Below are positions 1 through 8,503 of a DNA stretch of 45,504 bases, piece after piece. The notes below the pieces were generated by a model that did no database searches, had not been told where the DNA came from, and was given only the letters and a program-made list of their open reading frames with translations. Source of the stretch: Candidatus Limnocylindrus sp. (lineage in GTDB: Bacteria > Chloroflexota > Limnocylindria > Limnocylindrales > Limnocylindraceae); the NCBI GenBank assembly GCA_040397155.1, contig JBBAWP010000004.1, positions 1 to 45,504 of the forward strand, written 5' to 3'. Both the position numbers and the translations under genes were made by a program. Every line of letters starts with the position of its first letter. Position 1 is the stretch's first letter.

Positions 1-422
1 AGGAAGAAGGTGACGAATGGCTTTGCGCCAGCGCCACCGATTCCAATGGCGAAGTTGGAGAGGCTTTCGATTGCAAATTCCAACGTGTTCTGCACCTTTC
101 CTGGAATCTCCTTGAGTCGACGTGCGGCAATCGTCAGCGGGATGATGATGACGGCCATCACCACCCAGCTCATGATGATTGAGCCAGTGATGCTCGGATA
201 AAAGTCAAAGAGTGACGCTGCATGCGTTGGATCGCCACCAAGATCAATGACCGTGTGTGGAACGATCGGCTCTAGCGCGCGCTTGATCACGTCGCCAGGG
301 AAGCCGTTCAGCCCAACGCCGCCAAAGGTTGCAATGGCAAACGCGTCAAGAGCGAGGACGCCAAGCGCTGCGAGAAGGAGGGTGCGTCGTGTCGTGGACT
401 TGCGGGGAGCCGCGATGCTCAC
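1..422 (-). CDS. atpB: F0F1 ATP synthase subunit a, N-terminal part (gene continues past the left edge)
   Basis: I translated the reverse strand from a GTG at 422-420. It gives VSIAAPRKSTTRRTLLLAALGVLALDAF...YPSITGSIIMSWVVMAVIIIPLTIAARRLKEIPGKVQNTLEFAIESLSNFAIG and stays open to position 1. The SW.VM...A.R.L...PGK.QN..E stretch is typical of subunit a. The gene follows an AtpZ/AtpI-like gene with a TAGTG stop/start overlap. It is absent from the ORF track because it has no stop codon in the window. Confidence 0.7.
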   Translation of the reverse strand, partial: MSIAAPRKSTTRRTLLLAALGVLALDAFAIATFGGVGLNGFPGDVIKRALEPIVPHTVIDLGGDPTHAASLFDFYPSITGSIIMSWVVMAVIIIPLTIAARRLKEIPGKVQNTLEFAIESLSNFAIGIGGAGAKPFVTFF

Positions 423-802
423 TACTCGCTCCTTCCAGACTTCTCGTTGACTCGCGCCTCTAGTTTCTTCTCTCGTCGCCGGCGATCCTCTTCGTCAATC
501 ATGTTCAGCGCCCGGCGGACGGTGCGTGCCACCCCAATGGAGCCAACCCCAAACCCTCCGAGGAAGCCGACCACCAAGAAGAGTGGTCCGCTCCCGATGA
601 GCCCATCCAGCCAGTTCCCCAGGAGTGCCCCGCCGAGGTTCGCCACGAGGAGCATTGCGCCGATCTGCGAGAAGAGCACGAGGTAGGCGCTCTTCCCTTC
701 GAAGGCGGCCTCCGCGGGCGGTTCGTTGGGGTTCCGCGGCGATTCTAGCCGAGGGGTCTGACTCTCGCGCTGATCTCCGGGAGCACGCTCGGGGAGGCTC
801 AC
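422..802 (-). CDS. AtpZ/AtpI-like small membrane protein of the ATP synthase operon
   Basis: The 126-aa ORF has a C-terminal two-helix core, GAMLLVANLGGALLGNWLDGLIGSGPLFLVVGFLGGFGVGSIGVARTVRR, which resembles the AtpZ family pattern (G..lG..LD..lgt.P.f...g...G). It lies immediately upstream of atpB. The N-terminal 40 aa are low complexity, so the true start may be internal. Confidence 0.6.
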   Translation of the reverse strand: MSLPERAPGDQRESQTPRLESPRNPNEPPAEAAFEGKSAYLVLFSQIGAMLLVANLGGALLGNWLDGLIGSGPLFLVVGFLGGFGVGSIGVARTVRRALNMIDEEDRRRREKKLEARVNEKSGRSE

Positions 803-1839
803 TCGGGGGTCCGTTCGGTTGCACGAGAGAGGTAGGCGATCACGCCGCCGAGCACCACAAGGAGGCCCACGAAGGCGTAGAGGGTGGCGCTTCCGGTCAG
901 CAGGAGCGCGAGGATGGAGAGCGCTGCGGTGAGGGCATAGAGGACGAGGACGGAGCCGCGGTGCGAGAAGCCGTAGCTGAGGAGGCGGCGATGGATGTGG
1001 CTCTCGTCAGGCGTATATGGAGATCGTCCGGCGGCGATCCGCCCGACGATAACGAAAAGCGCATCAATGATGGGCACGCCAAGGATGAGGAGCGCCGCGG
1101 CCACCTTCGCCGTGCCGAGAAGTGCAAGGACGGCCAGCGCGTACGCCACCGCGAGAATGCCACTCGTCCCCATATAGATGGATGCCGGGTAGAAGTTGAA
1201 GCGCAAGAAGCCGGCGAGTGCGCCTGCGAGCGTAAAGCTCAGCGCGGCGAGTAGCGGACTTGTTGGGAGTGCAATGACGCCGAGTGTGACAGCGGCGAAG
1301 AGCGAGATGCCTCCAGAGAGTCCGTCCAGTCCGTCAATGAAATTCATGCTGTTCTGCATGCCGAGCGTCCAGAAGATCGTGACGCCGAGCGCGATCGCGT
1401 CAGGGAAGAGGAGGTCGCCCGCGCCAAAAGGATTTGAGATGAAGACGATCCGCAACCCAAAGGCGATTGGGATTAGCGCAATCAGAAACTGTCCAATGAT
1501 CTGCCACCGCGCGCGCAGATCATAGCGGTCGTCAATCAGTCCAATCACTCCAGCGATCACCGTACCGAGCAAGAGTGCAGCGGCGCCATCACTCGTCAGT
1601 TCCGCCGAACCGCTTCCTGCGCTGAGTCCGAGTTGCGCGGAAAAGATCACAAGAAGTGTTCCAATCAGCGCGAACGCACCTGCAACGGCGAGGCCGCCTG
1701 CGCGCGGTACTGGTTTGGTGTTGATCCTTCGCTCGCTCGGGTGATCGGCAATGTTGTATTTCCGCGCAATCGCGCGCATCGCGAGCGTTCCCATACCAGC
1801 TGTCAACGCAGCGACAAACGCTGCGGCAGCGAAGATCAT
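799..1839 (-). CDS. wecA: Glycosyltransferase family 4, undecaprenyl-phosphate GlcNAc-1-phosphate transferase (WecA/TagO/Rfe type)
   Basis: The 346-aa polytopic ORF carries IGLIDDRYDL and NSMNFIDGLDGLSGG motifs typical of the MraY/WecA superfamily. The length fits WecA/TagO. It sits between glyA and the atp operon, as in Actinobacteria. It has ATGA-type overlaps with both neighbours. Confidence 0.75.
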   Translation of the reverse strand: MIFAAAAFVAALTAGMGTLAMRAIARKYNIADHPSERRINTKPVPRAGGLAVAGAFALIGTLLVIFSAQLGLSAGSGSAELTSDGAAALLLGTVIAGVIGLIDDRYDLRARWQIIGQFLIALIPIAFGLRIVFISNPFGAGDLLFPDAIALGVTIFWTLGMQNSMNFIDGLDGLSGGISLFAAVTLGVIALPTSPLLAALSFTLAGALAGFLRFNFYPASIYMGTSGILAVAYALAVLALLGTAKVAAALLILGVPIIDALFVIVGRIAAGRSPYTPDESHIHRRLLSYGFSHRGSVLVLYALTAALSILALLLTGSATLYAFVGLLVVLGGVIAYLSRATERTPE

Positions 1840-3185
1840 GTTGTGCTGCGTGAAGGTTGCGCGTCGCCTGCTTGTGCAAGCGCTGACGCGTCGGCACCAG
1901 GGACTGGGAAGGCGCGCGCCATCTTGATCACTTCGGCCTCAATGCGCGCAAGTGCCGCCGGATCTTCGCGGCGCGCGATCGCCTCTGCTGACCAGACGGC
2001 AATCTGTTCCATTTCAGCGGAGCCCATGCCGCGCGTGGTCGCTGCGGGCGTGCCGTATCGAACGCCGCTCGTCACCATCGGTGAACGTGTTTCGCCTGGA
2101 ATGCTGTTCTTGTTGATCGTGATCCCTGCGGTTTCTAGCGCGGCGGTCGCCTCTTTCCCAGTGACACCGAGTGGTGTGACATCGCAGAGGATGAGGTGGT
2201 TATCTGTTCCGCCGGTGACCACGCCAAATCCGTTCGACTTCAGCGCGGCGGCGAGCACCTGCGCGTTCTCGAGCGTGCGCTTCATGTAACTTCGGAATTC
2301 TGGTTCAAGTGCGAGTGAGAAGGCGACCGCCTTTGCACCAATGACGTGCATCAGTGGGCCACCCTGGCTCCCTGGGAAGACACTCTTATCAATAGCGGCG
2401 GCGTCAGCAGCTCGCGCAAAGGCGATTCCACCGCGCGGACCACGAAGTGTCTTGTGTGTGGTGCTGGTGACAATGTCTGCGTGCGGGAACGGCGAAGGGT
2501 GCAGCCCTGCCGCAATCACACCTGAAATGTGCGCCATGTCCACCATCAGTTTTGCCCCCGCAGCGTGGGCGATCTCTGCGAATCGTTTGAAGTCGAGTGT
2601 GCGTGGGTACGCGGATGCGCCAGCGATGAGCACCTTCGGCTTCGCCTCGGCGACGGCGCGCTCGACTCCCTCCCAATCAATGAGGCCGTCGTCTTCGCGC
2701 ACGCCGTAGAAGTGCGGCGTGAACCACTTCCCTGAGACGTTGACGGAGGCGCCGTGCGAAAGGTGACCGCCCTGGGAGAGGCTCATGGCAACGAACGGAT
2801 CGCCTGGCTTCATCAACGTATCGAAAGCGGCGATATTTGCGGAAGCACCAGAGTGCGGTTGCACGTTGACATGCTCGCTCCCGGGGAAGAGTTGCAGCGC
2901 GCGGGTTCGCGCGAGATCTTCAACGGAGTCGATGTGTTCACACCCGGCGTAGTAGCGCTTCCCGGGATATCCCTCTGCGTATTTATTTGTGAGGATCGTG
3001 CCCTGTGCCTCTCGAACTGCGGCGTAGGCGTAATTCTCAGAGGCGATCAGCTCAATGTGATCGCGCTGGCGCACCGCTTCGCGTTCAAGGATCGCGTTCA
3101 GTGCAGGGTCAACCTCGCGCAGCGACTGATCCGCGCGCGGATCACGCTGCGCCTGGATCTCCTCTGGTGTGCGCCGAGAGCTCAT
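1836..3185 (-). CDS. glyA: Serine hydroxymethyltransferase
   Basis: The 449-aa ORF contains ...HIELIASENY..., GYPGKRYY.GCE and TSTTHKTLRGPRGG (PLP-lysine motif). Confidence 0.95.
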   Translation of the reverse strand: MSSRRTPEEIQAQRDPRADQSLREVDPALNAILEREAVRQRDHIELIASENYAYAAVREAQGTILTNKYAEGYPGKRYYAGCEHIDSVEDLARTRALQLFPGSEHVNVQPHSGASANIAAFDTLMKPGDPFVAMSLSQGGHLSHGASVNVSGKWFTPHFYGVREDDGLIDWEGVERAVAEAKPKVLIAGASAYPRTLDFKRFAEIAHAAGAKLMVDMAHISGVIAAGLHPSPFPHADIVTSTTHKTLRGPRGGIAFARAADAAAIDKSVFPGSQGGPLMHVIGAKAVAFSLALEPEFRSYMKRTLENAQVLAAALKSNGFGVVTGGTDNHLILCDVTPLGVTGKEATAALETAGITINKNSIPGETRSPMVTSGVRYGTPAATTRGMGSAEMEQIAVWSAEAIARREDPAALARIEAEVIKMARAFPVPGADASALAQAGDAQPSRSTT

Positions 3186-3189
3186 GCCC

Positions 3190-4047
3190 CTATTCTCCGT
3201 CCAAACCGAGAATCAGGCGCTCGATCATTCGCGCTGCGCCGTCCGCTTCGCTCGGCGGTGCGAGGTAGCGTGCGGCACGCTGAACCGGCTCAGGGGCGCC
3301 ATGCATCGCCACGCCGTGACCTGCGGCGAGCAGCATCTCAAGGTCGTTGTGTTGGTCGCCGATCGCCATGGTCTCCGCGAGCGGGATGTTCAGCCGCTCC
3401 GCGAGCCACGCCAGGGCCGCGCCCTTATTGACGCCTGGGGCGGTGAACTCAAGGTATTCCGGGTGGCTGATGGTGACATCAAGATCGCCACCAAACGTTT
3501 CGCGTGCCTGCGCCAACACCGTCTCTGGGTGACCAGCGGGCGCGTGCGCAACAACTTTTGAGATCTCCTGTGGCTCTTGCCGGAGATGGTGAGATAGATC
3601 TTTAATGGAGTGGAGACGTTCAACAGGGTTGCCAGCGAGCCAGCCTTGATACGTTTCGTAGTGCGGGTCGGTTGCATCAAAGGCGTAATCGTCTTGAATG
3701 ACGGCGTGTCCCCAGAGATCGTTCTGTCGGCACCACTCAACGGCACGTGCGGCAAGTGTTGAAGTGAACGGGACGTGCCGGAGCAGCGCGCCGCTCCCGT
3801 TCTCACCAAGTGCTGGCAGCTCGCGCGCGATCGCCCCCTGCATGCCAATGAGCGGTCCGTTCACACCCGCGGTGCGCGCGTACTCAATGAAGCTTGGAAT
3901 GTTGCGACCGGAGGAGATCGTGGTGATCACACCGCGCTCGCGTGCCGCACGAATCGCGGCAATAGTGCGCTCGGAGATCGCACCGCCATGGGGGAGTAGC
4001 GTGCCGTCAAGGTCCATGACCAGCAACTTGATCGGTGAATCACTCAT
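3190..4047 (-). CDS. HAD-superfamily hydrolase, Cof-type (HAD-IIB)
   Basis: The 285-aa ORF starts with LLVMDLDGTLL (HAD motif I). It has SGRN (motif II) and the AIGDQHNDLEML motif near the C-terminus. Confidence 0.8.
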   Translation of the reverse strand: MSDSPIKLLVMDLDGTLLPHGGAISERTIAAIRAARERGVITTISSGRNIPSFIEYARTAGVNGPLIGMQGAIARELPALGENGSGALLRHVPFTSTLAARAVEWCRQNDLWGHAVIQDDYAFDATDPHYETYQGWLAGNPVERLHSIKDLSHHLRQEPQEISKVVAHAPAGHPETVLAQARETFGGDLDVTISHPEYLEFTAPGVNKGAALAWLAERLNIPLAETMAIGDQHNDLEMLLAAGHGVAMHGAPEPVQRAARYLAPPSEADGAARMIERLILGLDGE

Positions 4048-4056
4048 CTGCTCAAC

Positions 4057-5178
4057 CTAGCCGCTACGGCGGATCTCCGCGACGCGTGCGCGCCCCGAGA
4101 GATCTCCGCGAATGCTGCAGCGCCACCCAAGGCCGAGGCCGGCGACGAGTGCGCTCACCGCGTCGGCTTGACCATCGCCAAACTCGAGTGCCGCCGCGCC
4201 ACCTGGGCGAAGGAGTCGTGGAAGCTCGGCGATCAGGCGGCGAATGCACTCAAGGCCGTCGCTCCCGCCGTCGAGCGCCATGCGCGGCTCGGCGGCGATC
4301 GCCACTTCGGCGAGGCTAAGCGGGGCGGCGGTCTCATCACGCTGTCCCGCGCGCTGGAAACGGGCGGCGTCTTTTGCCGCATCCACTTCGGCCGTCGGCA
4401 CATACGGGAGGTTGGCGACAAGGAGATCAAGGTGCGGTGGATCACCTGGGGCACGGCCCGCAAGGAGTGGTTCAGCAAGATCGCCGTGCAAGAACGTCAC
4501 TCGCGATGCAACTCCAGAGCGAAGCGCGTTTGCGCGCGCGACTGCAAGCGCATCCCCCGACAGGTCGGTGGCGGTAAAGCGCAGCGGGACGGGTGACTCG
4601 GTCACAAGGGCGAGCGCAATCGCCCCGCTCCCCGTGCCAATCTCTGCGGCGTTCAGTGGTTGAGGTGCACGTCCCAACGTGCGCGCGGCGGCGGCGCGGT
4701 CAGCCAAATAGGCGAGCGCCGTCTCAACAAGGAGTTCGCTCTCTGGACGCGGGTCCAACACATCTGGTGTAACAAGAAGTTCGAGTGCACGAAAGCCACG
4801 CGTGCCGGTGAGATGACTTACTGGTCGGCCTTTCGCGCGTTCACTCACCAGCGCCGCGAGTGCGGCGGGTGCGTCACCTGCGGCGAGCGCGGCGCGTGCA
4901 GCGCGCAGCGCTTCCGAAAGCTCAGGGTGTCGCTCGCTGAGTGGTTCTGGTTCTGGCAGGAGTGCGCTGCTCGGTAGTGGGAGTGGAAATCCAGCAGCGA
5001 CTGCGGTGCGCAACGTGGCAACACGCGTACCGAGGAGTGCGGCGAGGAGAAGTTCTGCGTCGAGGCGCGGGCTTGAACTCCCTGCAACTTCAAGTGCGTC
5101 CGTGGCGATGCGTAGCAGTGCTGGGCCGTCCGCTTCGCTTTGGATGAGTCGATCGCTATGAATATCTCGGTCGTTCAC
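4057..5178 (-). CDS. prmC: Release-factor glutamine N5-methyltransferase (PrmC/HemK), unusually long with a variant motif IV
   Basis: The 373-aa ORF lies directly downstream of prfA with a 4-nt overlap. It has the SAM motif EIGTGSGAIALAL and EPRMALDGGSDGL. Motif IV reads NLPY (4402-4413) where NPPY is expected. Confidence 0.85.
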   Translation of the reverse strand: MNDRDIHSDRLIQSEADGPALLRIATDALEVAGSSSPRLDAELLLAALLGTRVATLRTAVAAGFPLPLPSSALLPEPEPLSERHPELSEALRAARAALAAGDAPAALAALVSERAKGRPVSHLTGTRGFRALELLVTPDVLDPRPESELLVETALAYLADRAAAARTLGRAPQPLNAAEIGTGSGAIALALVTESPVPLRFTATDLSGDALAVARANALRSGVASRVTFLHGDLAEPLLAGRAPGDPPHLDLLVANLPYVPTAEVDAAKDAARFQRAGQRDETAAPLSLAEVAIAAEPRMALDGGSDGLECIRRLIAELPRLLRPGGAAALEFGDGQADAVSALVAGLGLGWRCSIRGDLSGRARVAEIRRSG

Positions 5179-6260
5179 TCGCCCGCCAGACGCTCCGCCT
5201 GCTCGGCGGCAGCAAGTGCATCATGAAAGACGGAGAGGTCGCCGCTCAACACGCCATCAACATCAAACTTGTCTAGTCCAATGCGATGGTCGGTGACGCG
5301 ATTCTGCGGACCGTTGTACGTGCGAATCTTTTCGCTTCGATCACCGCTTCCAATGAGCGCCTTGCGTGCAACAGAGTTCGCACTGCGCTTGCGCTCCTCC
5401 TCTGCGGCCAGGAGTCTGCTGCGCAAGATTGCGAGCCCCTTCTCCTTATTGCGCAACTGGCTGCGCTCGTCTTGCATTTCAACCACCGTGCCGCTCGGAA
5501 TGTGCGTGATGCGAACGGCGGAGTCTGTGGTGTTGACGCCTTGACCGCCGTGGCCGGAGGCGCGCTTCACGTCAATGCGAATGTCACCCTCTGGAATGAC
5601 AAAGTCCACCGCCTCCGCGACTGGGAGTACCACCACCGTGGCGGTGCTCGTGTGGATGCGTCCAGAAGATTCGGTGGCGGGGACGCGTTGAATGCGATGC
5701 ACCCCCGACTCCCATTTGAACGCGGCCCATGCACCGGTCCCACTCACCTCGGCCATCGCCTCGCGCACGCCGCCGAGTGCCGTCTCGCTCAGCCCGTCAA
5801 CTTCAACCTTCCAGCCGCGTCGTTCGGCGTACCGCAAATACGCACGGAAGAGTTCACCGGCGAAGATCCCCGCTTCGTCACCCCCCGCCCCAGGACGAAC
5901 CTCAATGAGCACATCCTTTCCGTCGTTCGGATCCGGATCAAGGAGGAGTGCGGGGAGTCGCTCAATAATGTCGCGCTCAATCTCTTCCGCGGCGGCGCGC
6001 TCTGCCGCGGCGAGGAGGCGCATCTCCGCGTCCGCGCCAGGGTCGAGCTCCATCCCCTTTGCATCCGTCTGACGTGCACGTGCGTCGGTGAGGGCCGCCG
6101 CCGTTTCTGCGAGCGGTGCGGTGCGCGAAAGTTCACGACCGATTCGTGCCAGCGCCGTGTGGTCTGCGAGCACCTCTGGCTGAGTGAGCTGCTCCTCAAG
6201 TTCCGCTCGGGTGCGCAGTGCGATCGCTAGTCGTGCCTCCAGTTGTGCGAGGTCAGCCAT
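5175..6260 (-). CDS. prfA: Peptide chain release factor 1
   Basis: The 361-aa ORF has the PAT tripeptide in QRVPATESSGRIHTS and the GGQ motif in SGHGGQGVNTTDSAVRITHIPSG. Confidence 0.95.
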   Translation of the reverse strand: MADLAQLEARLAIALRTRAELEEQLTQPEVLADHTALARIGRELSRTAPLAETAAALTDARARQTDAKGMELDPGADAEMRLLAAAERAAAEEIERDIIERLPALLLDPDPNDGKDVLIEVRPGAGGDEAGIFAGELFRAYLRYAERRGWKVEVDGLSETALGGVREAMAEVSGTGAWAAFKWESGVHRIQRVPATESSGRIHTSTATVVVLPVAEAVDFVIPEGDIRIDVKRASGHGGQGVNTTDSAVRITHIPSGTVVEMQDERSQLRNKEKGLAILRSRLLAAEEERKRSANSVARKALIGSGDRSEKIRTYNGPQNRVTDHRIGLDKFDVDGVLSGDLSVFHDALAAAEQAERLAGE

Positions 6261-7284
6261 GCGGCGACTCCGCCGTTAGGCTCCCCCACGCCGGGCGCTC
6301 GGATCCTGCGGGGGCGCTCCCCCCATCCGCTTCTACCGCCACCGTGAGCGCTGCAATGGCCACGTCATGCATCTCGTCGTCAGGTTTGCGCGTGGTGATT
6401 CGCTGGACGGCGAGTCCGGGGGCGGCGAACGCGCGTGCGATCGGGTTGGTGCGGTACTTCCCGAGGAGTCGCAAGATTTCGTAGGAAACTCCTGCAACGA
6501 GCGGGATGCCGATCACGCGGCTCACCACAGTAGCGAGCGCATCAAGTCGACCGAGGAGCGAGAAGCTCACCAAGCTGACGAGGATCACCACAACAAGAAA
6601 CTCGGTGCCGCAACGCGGGTGCGCCGTTGGCCATCGAGTGAGTTCGGCGCGCGTCAACGCGCCACCGTTCTCCAGCGCGTGAATCGCACGATGCTCTGCG
6701 CCGTGATACCGATAGGTTCGATCAATGTCGCGACTACGCCCAGCAAGCGAGAGATACGCAAGAAGTACACCGATCTGCAACACGCCGTCCAACACGCGCT
6801 CCGCAAACAGTGATTCAATGCCTGCCGCACTGAGAGCAAACGATGCGCCGAGTGCGGGGATGATATTGAAAAGTGCAATCACAAAGGCAAAGGTGAGCAC
6901 CACCGTGACGCCAGAGATCGCGCGGTCCGAACGACTGCTTGGAACACCAATCGTTGACTGACCCGAAGAGATCTCTGCACTTCGCATCAGCCATCGACTC
7001 CCAAGGATCAGCGTCTCAACAAGGATCACCACGCCGCGCGCAATTGGGAGTCGCGCCGCAAGCCGGCGCACTCGCCCGTTAGGGAGCTGCTCGCTCGTGG
7101 TGAGGATGCTCCCATCTGGAACGCGGATCGCGACCCCAATGTGTGCTGGTCCGCGCATCAGGATGCCGTCCACAAGGGCCTGCCCGCCATACGCAAGCGT
7201 GCGCGTGGGCGCGGCGACAGCCGCGAGTGCTAATGCGATCAGGTGTGATGCGCGTCGAGCAACGACGCCACAGCGGCGTCGCAC
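6253..7284 (-). CDS. DUF1385-family membrane protein (commonly linked to rpmE/prfA/prmC)
   Basis: Motifs are YGGQALVDGILMRG, YHGAEHRAIHALENG and HPRCGTEFLVVV. The tracked ORF (to 7455) overlaps rpmE, so I place the start at the in-frame GTG at 7284-7282, just after the rpmE stop. The start is uncertain. Confidence 0.75.
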   Translation of the reverse strand: MRRRCGVVARRASHLIALALAAVAAPTRTLAYGGQALVDGILMRGPAHIGVAIRVPDGSILTTSEQLPNGRVRRLAARLPIARGVVILVETLILGSRWLMRSAEISSGQSTIGVPSSRSDRAISGVTVVLTFAFVIALFNIIPALGASFALSAAGIESLFAERVLDGVLQIGVLLAYLSLAGRSRDIDRTYRYHGAEHRAIHALENGGALTRAELTRWPTAHPRCGTEFLVVVILVSLVSFSLLGRLDALATVVSRVIGIPLVAGVSYEILRLLGKYRTNPIARAFAAPGLAVQRITTRKPDDEMHDVAIAALTVAVEADGGSAPAGSERPAWGSLTAESPHG

Positions 7285-7289
7285 GGAGA

Positions 7290-7499
7290 TCAGCGCGAGC
7301 GCCCGAGGCGCTTCTGGAATCGCTCCACCTGTCCAGCGGTGTCGAGCAAGATCTGCTTCCCCGTGAAGAACGGGTGGCAGTTCGAGCAGACTTCGGTCTT
7401 CATTTCGCTCGAGCGCGTTGAACCGACGCTGAACTTGGTGCTGCATGCGAGACACGTGATCTCGATCTGGTTGTACTTGGGATGAATCTCTGGCTTCAT
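7290..7499 (-). CDS. rpmE: 50S ribosomal protein L31 (Cys-containing type)
   Basis: The sequence MKPEIHPKYNQIEITCLACSTKF...CSNCHPFFTGKQ starts at the 14th codon (ATG 7499-7497) of the 82-aa tracked ORF. Confidence 0.95.
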   Translation of the reverse strand: MKPEIHPKYNQIEITCLACSTKFSVGSTRSSEMKTEVCSNCHPFFTGKQILLDTAGQVERFQKRLGRSR

Positions 7500-7509
7500 C
7501 AGCGGCTCT

Positions 7510-7776
7510 CTACGCGTCCGGCGCGGAGGCGACCACATTGACGCGCTTCTTCAAGCGCGACGCATGGTCAAACTTCACGCGACCTGTGACGGTTGCATAG
7601 ATGGTGTAGTCGCTACCAAGGCCAACGCCGCGGCCAGCGGCGAACTGCGTTCCACGCTGGCGCACAATGATGCCGCCTGCATTGATGAACTCGCCGTCGC
7701 CAACCTTCACGCCAAGGCGCTGACCAGCGCTGTCGCGTCCGTTGCGGCTGCTTGATCCTGCCTTCTTATGTGCCAT
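7510..7776 (-). CDS. rpmA: 50S ribosomal protein L27
   Basis: The sequence is [30 protein letters not shown]...[12 protein letters not shown]. There is no N-terminal pro-peptide. Confidence 0.95.
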   Translation of the reverse strand: MAHKKAGSSSRNGRDSAGQRLGVKVGDGEFINAGGIIVRQRGTQFAAGRGVGLGSDYTIYATVTGRVKFDHASRLKKRVNVVASAPDA

Positions 7777-7808
7777 GTTGTCCTCCTTGGTTTCTTGCGA
7801 CTACTTGA

Positions 7809-8342
7809 TTATTCAGCGTCGGCTGGCTTCTTCGCCGCCGTCTTCTTTGCAGCTGGCTTCTTCGCCGCCGTCTTCTTTGGTGCGCTCTTCTCTGCAGGCG
7901 CTTCCACCTTCAGCTTCTCGGCAAGTGCGGCGTCAGCCTTCGCCTTTTCAGCGGCGGCGGCCTTTGATGCAGCCCTCGCCTGTTCGCGCTCTGCAGCGCC
8001 GGCCTCCCAGAGCGCCTTTGCGCTGGTGCCATTCACTGCAACTTCTGTGACCTTGATAAGGTGCAGCTCTTGGCGGTGGCCCTTGGTGATGCGGCTGCGC
8101 GCCTTTGGTCGGTACTTGAAGCTGATCGTCTTTACGCCGCGCTCCTGGCCAACCACGAGTGCGGTGACCTTTGCGCCGCTGACGACTGGGGTTCCAACCT
8201 CTGTTGAGGTTGCGGTGCGCACAAGGAGGACGCGATCGAAGGTGACCTCGCTACCTGGGGTAGCGCCGAGCAACTCAACGTGCAGCTCGCTGCCGAGCTC
8301 CACGCGATACTGCTTCCCACCGGTTTCGATTACTGCGTACAT
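7809..8342 (-). CDS. rplU: 50S ribosomal protein L21 with a ~70-aa Ala/Lys/Pro-rich C-terminal extension
   Basis: The canonical L21 N-terminus MYAVIETGGKQYRV starts at ATG 8342-8340, the 7th codon of the tracked ORF. The tail ends ...AEKSAPKKTAAKKPAAKKTAAKKPADAE. Confidence 0.9.
   Translation of the reverse strand: MYAVIETGGKQYRVELGSELHVELLGATPGSEVTFDRVLLVRTATSTEVGTPVVSGAKVTALVVGQERGVKTISFKYRPKARSRITKGHRQELHLIKVTEVAVNGTSAKALWEAGAAEREQARAASKAAAAEKAKADAALAEKLKVEAPAEKSAPKKTAAKKPAAKKTAAKKPADAE
7822..7879. repeat. 30-bp-period tandem duplication inside the rplU tail
   Basis: The sequence gctggcttcttcgccgccgtcttctttg occurs at 7822-7849 and again at 7852-7879. It encodes KKTAAKKPAA twice on the minus strand. 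Confidence 0.85.
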
Positions 8343-8429
8343 GCTTGGTTCACCCTTCATATTCGAGACTTCCGCGGCGGCCGAGCCGCCGTGTCGCGGG
8401 CTGACGAAGAGGTCAGGCGCGGGAGGGAG

Positions 8430-8459
8430 AGTCTAGGTGTACCCGCGCTCCCTCGTCAA
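8430..8459 (-). promoter_or_regulatory. Candidate sigma70-type promoter for the rplU operon
   Basis: The minus strand reads TTGACG (8459-8454), an 18-nt spacer, then TAGACT (8435-8430), about 90 nt upstream of rplU. A GC hairpin (cggcggc tcg gccgccg) lies in the leader. This is pattern match only. Confidence 0.3.
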
Positions 8460-8503
8460 CCGCGGCACGCTCAGGGCGTGCTCACGGCACGCTCGACCAG
8501 CCC

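Noticed and set aside
625-1254. There are long ORFs on the opposite strand or in alternative frames of clear genes. Examples are 625..1254+, 1633..2289+, 2754..3431+, 5286..6230+, 12727..13530-, 14712..15368-, 16908..17525-, 17838..18707-, 21996..22796-, 32529..33293-, 40602..41162- and 42675..43496-.
   Set aside because: These are typical shadow ORFs of GC-rich DNA. They lie entirely inside genes with unmistakable conserved motifs. Their translations are Arg/Ser/Ala/Pro-rich and have no recognisable domains.
7285-7455. An upstream extension of the DUF1385 ORF overlaps rpmE by 166 nt.
   Set aside because: The extension has no similarity to the family, whose conserved core starts at YGGQA. 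It would overlap a highly conserved ribosomal protein gene. An in-frame GTG at 7284 removes the overlap.
7822-7879. Short tandem repeats at 7822-7879, 18572-18598 and 29237-29281 were considered as a possible CRISPR array or minisatellite.
   Set aside because: They are in-frame, have only 2-3 copies and no spacers. They encode low-complexity protein tails or linkers.
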